Origin: the human T2T-CHM13v2.0 reference genome, Homo sapiens
Direction: 5' to 3' (one strand)
DNA length: 64,000 nucleotides
NCBI RefSeq assembly: GCF_009914755.1
Contig: NC_060926.1
Shown here: positions 56,300-64,000 of the stretch, piece after piece
How the letters are laid out: every line of letters starts with the position of its first letter
How positions within the stretch are numbered: position 1 is the stretch's first letter
Notes under the pieces: model-generated
Databases searched by the model: none
The model's input: the letters and a program-made list of their open reading frames with translations, nothing else
What the model was told of the DNA's origin: nothing
Translations under genes and position numbers: made by a program

Positions 56300-56900
56300 T
56301 ATAAACAAAGAATAATATCTTGAATAAATAATGTGCCCCTGAAAATAAGAAAAGCACTAACATAATAATAGACAAATGGGCTATGAACATGAAAAAAATG
56401 TTTTAAAAAGAAGAAATATAAACATAATATATCTAATAAACATGTGAACGAATAACTTCTCTAGAAGAAAAAATGCATATTAAAACATATGGATATTCTT
56501 TGTTATCAAATTATTTCAAGGTTGGTGATAGTGGACTGTGGCAGGCTTTTGAAATGCTTCTACTAGGGGAACAAAACAACAAAATGTTCCTTGTAAATCA
56601 ATTTGGCTCCACGTTTCAAGATCATTAGACATACTCCTATTTTGCCAAGTGATTCTATTTCTCAGAATTCATCTTTTGAAGAAATTCTTTAAATATGCAC
56701 AAAGATGCTCATGATATTTATAATAGCAAAAGAGAAAATGGAAACACTCTACTTGTCCAATACCAGAAGATGTTCATTCCATTTCAAAATTTTTATATAA
56801 AGGAATATAGCAGTTCACGTTTCCAAAGAATAACAGAGATGAGAAAAAATGGTCATGCTAAACCAGTTAATTAGCCAAAAAATAGAAAAGAAATTTTTGT
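56300..56900 (+). mobile_element. Diverged L1ME fragment
   Basis: GACAAATGGGCTATGAACATGAA, CAATTTGGC, GATTCTATTTCTCAGAATTCATC, TATTTATAATAGCAAAA blocks. Confidence 0.6.
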
Positions 56901-58158
56901 TTAATTATCAGTGGTCAAGGAATGAAAGATTTTTTTTTCTTTTGTTAGGGAGTTAATACAATAGTTTAGAGAACTTGGTTATTATGTTACATTTTGTTAA
57001 TGCGGAGGAAATACAGCAAATGTACAGACTTGTCAAATGCAATGCAATTTGTTATGTTGAGAACAAGTTGCTTGTTTAGACTTGACGAAAACGTTGAATC
57101 TAGTTATCTGTAGAAAGGAATATATACCTATAACTTCTAATAATTATATTGCGAATCTTTCATCTGGAACAAAGGACTAAGTATCATTCAGATAATTGGG
57201 AAGAGAAGTTGGATATGCAAGAGGGAAGGCCAGATCACCTCTGCCTGAGAGGGGGCAGAGTCACTAATAGCCCTCTGGCTCAAATGGCACATTTGTATAT
57301 GTGAATAAAAGGGCACCTGTTCCTCCTAACACTTCACTACCGTGTGTCCACAAATACTCATGACTGTAAGTACAAAAGTAAATGGTGCCCTCTGGAATTG
57401 CATGTCACAATGGTCCAAAGTAACTCAGGCTACTGTCTAAGAAGATCAGAAGTCACTTAGAGACTAGGTCTAGAAGAGGCTAATAGGGGGACAAGAAGTA
57501 AGGAATGAGAAGAAGGTAGCTACACACCTAACTCCTGCCCCACACTTCACTGCTTTCCATAGTGATATGGAGGACATGCAGGACTAGAAGAGCAGGAAAG
57601 CGATCATGTCTGATTATCCGAAGGAGTAATTCAGAGATCCTTTGATGACAGAGGGTATGATGGGGCTGGAGGCAGACAGGACTCAGTACATGGTTCAAAA
57701 TGGGCAATTAGAATAGACACTCAGATCTACAAAATTAGGAAGAAAATACCTCTCTTGTGGGATTGTTAGCATGGAATTCCATACATACATACGCATATAG
57801 ACATATATTGTATGGCAAGTTGTAAATGCTTACAAATGATAACAATATAAAAACCTGCTTCATCTCACTGACATTTCAGCAAATTCTAGAGAAATTCTTA
57901 CCAGCACTGCTAAGCGTTCCTCATGCTGTGTTAGAAGGAGCCAGGCAGCCAAGAGAGTCAGCATTAATAACATCTCCAGTTCCACCATTTCTAGCTAAAG
58001 GGTAAATCTTTTAAATTTTTAAGACCTATGTTTCTTTATACATATAGTAGGGGTAAAGGTAACATTGCCCCTTCCCTATAAGATCCTGACTATAGAATGA
58101 TTATACATTCTAAAAGACCTGCATAAATGCAAGAGATATTGTGGAAGTGTTTGCATGC

Positions 58159-58180
58159 GTGTGTGTGTGTGTGTGTGTGT
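58159..58180. repeat. (TG)n microsatellite
   Basis: About 11 TG units directly visible. Confidence 0.95.
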
Positions 58181-59130
58181 TTCATGTTTATTCTTCACCC
58201 CTCTGTTTCTCTGTTTTCACTAACAGTAAACACATGAAACCTAAAAGAAGCCTCCATGCTTTGTATTGAAACAAAAAGAGGCACCTGGGAAACCGTTCTG
58301 CTTTGTTGCTTTACTTTAAAGAAGAGGGATATTGACAACACAGCAGCCAAGGCCTTGAGGTCTTGGGGTCTAGAACAAGCAAAATAAAAGGAGCTGAAAA
58401 ATGGTTCATGGTTAAGCTTCTGAATAAAAGCAATCCCAATCTTCTAACATCTTCCCAGATGCTCCATGGGAGACATTTCCTGGTAACTCTTGGGAAGATT
58501 TCCCTGAACTTGGAAAAGGCAGTCTTGGAATTTACTGTAGACATGCACTAAGTATTTCAGTCTTAACCAAGGGAGAGAGGAGAACCCATTTCGGTGCACG
58601 TCACTTGACCAGCTAAAGACTGAAACTCTTGATTGTCATGGTTTCTGTATGAACCCATGAGTTCCTGCAAATTAGCTAAGATTATGAGTTTTTTCTGCCA
58701 ACTTCCCATATCTAATGCCAAGGGAAGGAAATAAAAGAATCCACCACTTATCTGCTTCCTACATAATGAAGAGGCTGAAATTTTGGAATTAGAGTTAAAA
58801 TATATACAGGTGCTAGTTTTGTAAACAAAAAGTTAGAAGAAAGTCCGTCAATGTTAGCAACTCTTCTTTTGGGGGCATTGCTGTTGTTTGTACTTCTATC
58901 CCTTACTCTATTTCATGGATTAATAAATCAAAGAGTGCCAGATGAAGAAGTTTCTTTGGTCTGGATATTCACCTGTTAGCACAAATCTCATCTAAAAAAA
59001 GTATTTGCACAGATTCCCTCTTTTTTAATCCTATGCTTATTTTTGATGTAAATAACTTGCTAACGTTGAACTTCATTAACTCTAAAATGTGTGAGACTCG
59101 TCCTTTTTTTCTGGTTTAGCATTCAGAAAG

Positions 59131-59205
59131 TGGCACACGTTTACCTGTGTAACAAACCTGCACATCCTGCACATGTGCCTCGGAACTTAAAATAAAATTA
59201 AAAAA
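59131..59205 (+). mobile_element. Older L1PA extreme 3' tail (~75 bp)
   Basis: GGCACACGTTTACCTGTGTAACAAACCTGCACATCCTGCACATGT..GAACTTAAAATAAAA. Confidence 0.88.
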
Positions 59206-60214
59206 ATTAGAGAAGCGTTTATTAAATTATGAAAAATTATTTCTAGTAAGACTAAGGCACAGCATGCGGGTGATTTGGGGCACAGTCATCTACACTTCAT
59301 CATTCCATAAGCTAGCAATAAATACAGGGGCAAATGTTATTGTACATTTTCCTCATATAGGAAGAAGGCGCTTTCTAATTTCAAAGTTTAGTGTAATAAT
59401 ATCATTCAGGTATTACTTTTCTTTCCTTCCTAAGTTTTCTTATCTCTGCCTTTCCTGGATGTCCTTAGGAAACTTACAGGGGCACTTATTTCTTATAGAC
59501 AGGTCACAGGTGGCATTATTTTTCTGTAGCATGGAAGGAAAACTGTGTCAACATGGAACCCTGGTGGTCCACGTGAGTTAGAGGTGGTAGGGATGTCAGG
59601 AAAATTGAGGGAAGCAGAAAATGCAGAATCTGGAAGACAATAAGGCAGTTGTCCCATCCAAACTTCTTAACACATGTTTTTTTGTTTTTCTTTTCATATA
59701 GGCTCCACACCTACCACCCCCTCCTCTCTTTACCCACATAGATCCATATGCCTTTCAAAAGTCAAATGCTAATGATGTAGCATTTTCCTTAAGCCTTTAG
59801 AGAAAAGCATTGGCTCCCTATTGTCTGCTCATCAGCCAGCATTTTTTGGACTAACGTTCAATGCCCTTCATGACTGTCTTCAAATTTACATCATTTCTGT
59901 TGCCTCTTTATCATGAATCCTCGCCCCCAGCTGATGAAGGTTTCTGCCGATTTTGAGTGACAGGACATTCTTTTAGTCTTATAAAGCTATGTATAGAGAG
60001 TAGCAATTTACCAGTAGTGAAAGATGTCAAGGCACACGGTACCCACCTGGATTATACATGAACCAAAGAGAACCTATAACATTTGAAGGCTTTAACACTA
60101 ACCTAAAATACAGTTTCATCCTTGATGCTTTATAGTTGTGACTGCCATGGTGTGCACCTATTACGGTTCAGGTGAATTTTAGGAGTATGTCCACCTTCTG
60201 CTTTCAATTGCGGA

Positions 60215-60400
60215 ATGATTGAAACAATAAATGTGCTGAGCACCTGCAGTGTTCCAGACTTGCAGCTAAGCATTTGTGTACATATCAATGAGACAGGCAA
60301 CAATTTTCTCATTTTACAGAGGAAAACTGAGCACAAGTAGAGGCTAAATGACCAAGAACAAGCAGCCAGTGAGGAACTAGGACTCACACTTAGGTGGTTT
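60215..60400 (-). mobile_element. MIR SINE
   Basis: CTCATTTTACAGAGGAAAACTGAGCACAAG..AAATGACCAAG. Confidence 0.75.
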
Positions 60401-61704
60401 GTTGTTGTTGTTGAACTTCTTTCTCAAGCTCACTTCCTGGAGAAATGGTTTTATCTTCCGTTTGAATGAAGGTCTACTGATCACGCAGACTTCTAGATAT
60501 TAGGTTAATTTACTACTATACTACCCTCGTCATATACAAATTATATAAAACTCAATTAATTTCAATGCTCCAATAAAAATACATTCCATTTCTCCTTTTC
60601 AGTAGAAGCGGTGGTAAACGTCATGAAGCCAGGGAGTAGGGATATGCTGCAAAATATTTTATCTCCAATGTCCAGCAGAGTTCCTGGCACATAGATAGTG
60701 ATCAAAGTCTCTTAAATGAATAGATTATAATTAGGACTTGGGCTCAGGCTTATACCAGTCTTTCTGAATATTGACAAGAAGTAGACAAGCCAACTTGTCC
60801 AAGGTCACCAAGTGACTGCTCACTGAAGCAAAACTTTTCTGAATACTTATTATGCAGAAACCAGGCTAGCACCAGGTGCAAAGTCTAGAGTAAGAGAGGT
60901 CTGGAAGAGTAGGATGTTTGGTCTCTGTCCTTAAGAAGTTTAAAATCTGATCTAGTTCCATCTTCCAATGCATTTCTTATGGGCTATACCAAGCCACCAA
61001 TGATGTAAATAAAACATTCAGGTTTCTTGTAGAAACGTTGCTCGACTATCCTTCATGCAATAATGCAGCACTTTGTAACAAGCTTTATAATGAGGCTATG
61101 AATTAAAGTGATGCATGGCTTTTCTGAGCTACAATATGCATCACAACAGCCTGTATTAACAATTTAAAACCATATAATGTGCTTTATAAGCTAATAAAGT
61201 AGCTGCCTCTAAATGATTTATCAAATATGAATAATGCATCCAGAAATAACTTACAGGAACAGAGCCAGCCTCCCCCATTCCTTTGCTAGCTGACTTTCTA
61301 CACAGATGATACCGAGGACACATGGGAGCTGAGTTACTGAGCTCTAGACACCAGCCTCCTGTTCTGCCAGGAAGCCTGCCTGAGTTTTCCCAGGAGCCTC
61401 CCTTGTAATCATCTGTTTTCAATATTTCAGCCAGGCTCTCAGCCTTTTCCCTTCTGGCTCTCTCTCTAACCCTTTATTCTCCCCTATAGCTTTCTTCTCT
61501 TTTAGAAACTTCCTCATTCCATCCTCCTTTCTGCTTATTTAAAGGGAGGACAGGAATTATGTTAGAAAGTTTCTGTATGGGAGCAGCTATGTGTAGTAGA
61601 TGAAGCAATCAGAAGGGAGAACTCTAAGGGCTCACAGCCCAGAAAGAGAATAGTTCCACATGCTTTCTAGACTTCTAAGATATATTCACATTAGATTTTA
61701 AACT

Positions 61705-61997
61705 GCCCATTATTCTAAGTGAAGTAACTCAGGAACGGAAAACCAAATATCATATGTTCTCACTTATAAGAGGAAACTAAGCTATGAGGATGCAAAGGCA
61801 TATGTGTGATATAATGTGCTTTGAGCACTCGGTTGGGAGAGGAGTTAGGGATAAAAGACTACATATTGCGTACAATGTATACTGCTCAGGTGATGAGTGC
61901 ACTAAAATCTCAGAAATTACCGCTAAATAACTTATCCATGTAACCAAAAACAACGTGTACCACAAAACTTATTAAACTAAAACTAAAATAAAATATT
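61705..61997 (+). mobile_element. L1PB-type 3' end
   Basis: CCATTATTCTAAGTGAAGTAACTCAGGAA..GGGATAAAAGACTACATATTG..GCACTAAAATCTCAGAAAT..CTTATCCATGTAACCAAAA. Confidence 0.9.
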
Positions 61998-61999
61998 TT

Positions 62000-62295
62000 G
62001 AAGAAGTGGGGGAATAGAAAATGGCTTCCATCTACCCTTATAGGTTCTTTGGCTGGCCTATGAATTAAATTAACATAAGACAGATTAATAGAAGAAAAAA
62101 CATATATAATTACCTGCATATACATGGGAATCCCACAAAATAGAAGACTCAAATAAGGGTCAGGTAATTAAAGCTTCTATAGCATTGTAAGCTACAGAAA
62201 GAAACAGAAGCTTGGGTCATCTGGGTGGTGAAGACACAAGTTAAAGGAGGGTGGAAGGAGGAAATGTATGGTGAATAAAGGTTGTCTTGTTATGA
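62000..62295. mobile_element. ERV1-class LTR fragment (MER67-like)
   Basis: TGAAG start, TCCATCTACCCT..TATGAATTAAATTAACATAAGACAGATTAA..GGTGAATAAAGGTTGTCTTGTTATG; family recalled, not verified. Confidence 0.5.
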
Positions 62296-62999
62296 AAAAT
62301 AAAAGAAGTGTTTCAAACATATCTGAATTTATAAAATAAGAGTAAATGTCCTACCTGATGTGATACCGCATTATATGTAAAACTATGTGCATATATTTAG
62401 AAAAGAAAATCACAAACATATTGATATTGTTAAGCATTATTTAAATACTTTTCTTTAAAATATTAGATTTGTTTTCTAAAATCACATTCTAAAACCATCC
62501 TTATTTTGAAATCAGAACATACGTTAGTACAATGTATTAGTAATAGTAGTAAAATTAGTAGTAATAGTAAAATATATTAGACCCATTATTAGAGAAAGAA
62601 ATAACAATGAGTCAATTGGTGAACAATGACTCACTTATAAATGTATTTTTACATAGTTAATTCTGATGGTTATCAACAGTCCCTTTAAACTATTCATAAT
62701 CTTTCACCCTAGTGTCAAGAAAGTCAGCAATATGAAAGACTTTCTGAAGGGGCACAGTGACCTAAAAATAAAAATTCTGCATTTGAAAAAAAAATTTAAT
62801 GGCCTAAACTCCTAAATACTAACTAGACTTAATGCTCAGAGTTTTATCTGCTGAACACTGCCTTTGTGAACTCTGATAGTGTTTACCAAAGGCTTAAAGC
62901 ATGGTGGATCTTAGTCTGGACTTCTTGAGGAGATTTGGTGTTTGAAATAAATATATATATGTACAAAACCAAAGGCATAGCGGAGAAGTCTGTAAGAGA

Positions 63000-64000
63000 C
63001 CATTGTTCCTATCTAATGTGAGAAGCAGTTAGCTCTTTAGAAACCCATAAGAGAGCCTCACCAAACTAAATTTCAAAAAATTATGAGAACTTGCCGTGAG
63101 AAAAAAGACACAGGATTACTATCATCTCTAGCAGAGAACAAACTCACCACAGGCCAGAAAATTGAAGAAGAAATCCAACCTTCTACACATTTATGAAACG
63201 TATGTGGGAACTAGAAAAATGGATTCAAATCCTGAAGAGTACTAGCCCCAGGCTGAGACTACACCAACACAAACACTCATTCCCGTATGAAATGCAAAAC
63301 AGGAAATGCGCCAAAGGCCAGCAGGAAAGCTCACAGAAATCTCTTTTTCACAAGTGTACTGCAGCTGTGCTCTGAAAGTTGGAATGGAGCAGCAAAGACG
63401 AGAGATATCTCCGGCAGCACAGAAAACAGGGGACGTGGTGGGAATTAACACAGAAAATTGTTAAGTAACCAAAAAGCTTAGTGCTAGTCTGCAACGTACA
63501 GCGAGATCTCCCAGCATTCATAAAACTGGCAGCTTATTTTTAAAGGATAAAGAGAACTCTGGAATATCTCTACTGTTCAGGTCCTGAGCCTTTCTAAAGG
63601 AAATCTAAAATCCCAATTTGGCCCTCAAAAATTTGAAATTAGAGGCAAACAAAATCGATTAAACCTGCAAGAATAACTTGACACAGGCCATCCAAAGATT
63701 AGACTCACTCAGAGCACTCCCCTCAATGCTGTCCTGACAGAAGATGTGGTAAACTATTATTTGGATTCAGACCTTGTTTACCTGTCTTTGTTGTTCTACT
63801 TCACAAAAATGGCTGGCATTCAATCAAAAACTCCAAGGCACATGATAAAGCAAATACTAAGCATAAAGAGGTTGGAGTGTTTATCTTGAATCACACAGAA
63901 TAAGATGTCAAAGCAAAGAGTAATGATAAAGTGTCAAATAGTCAAAATACATAAGAATCATAAATGTAAATATACTTTATAAAAGTGTTTCAAATACACG
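63000..64000 (+). mobile_element. Probable ancient L1M 5'/ORF fragments
   Basis: A-rich; CAATCAAAAACTCCAAGGCACATG and GTTGGAGTG..AGATGTCAAAGCAAAGAG resemble old L1 5' region and ORF2 start. Confidence 0.4.

Overview
This looks like primate (probably human) non-coding genomic DNA: AT-rich, CpG-depleted and dense in repeats. I see no CpG island, recognisable protein-coding exon, RNA gene or prokaryotic feature. The window holds two full-length MaLR proviruses (THE1A-like and THE1C-like, each LTR-internal-LTR with a 5-bp TSD), solo MST/MLT/ERV1 LTRs, and an HSMAR2 mariner nested in an MLT2 LTR. It also has eight Alus (J, S and Y lineages, most with TSDs), hAT MITEs (MER5A, MER1A, MER3, Charlie18a-like), L1PA/L1PB/L1M fragments and many MIR/L2 relics. 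Nearly all listed ORFs are chance or repeat-derived; the only real protein homology is to decayed MaLR internal ORFs and a dead mariner transposase. I found no convincing new biological system. The best leads are candidate lncRNA-type exons (a minus-strand exon at 29286-29397, a plus-strand 63-nt exon at 51625-51687), intact DUX4 motifs in both THE1C LTRs, the nested MLT2/HSMAR2 structure with a deletion, and some repeat-free, homeodomain-motif-rich blocks that may be enhancers. Subfamily names come from recalled consensus sequences and need RepeatMasker/Dfam confirmation.
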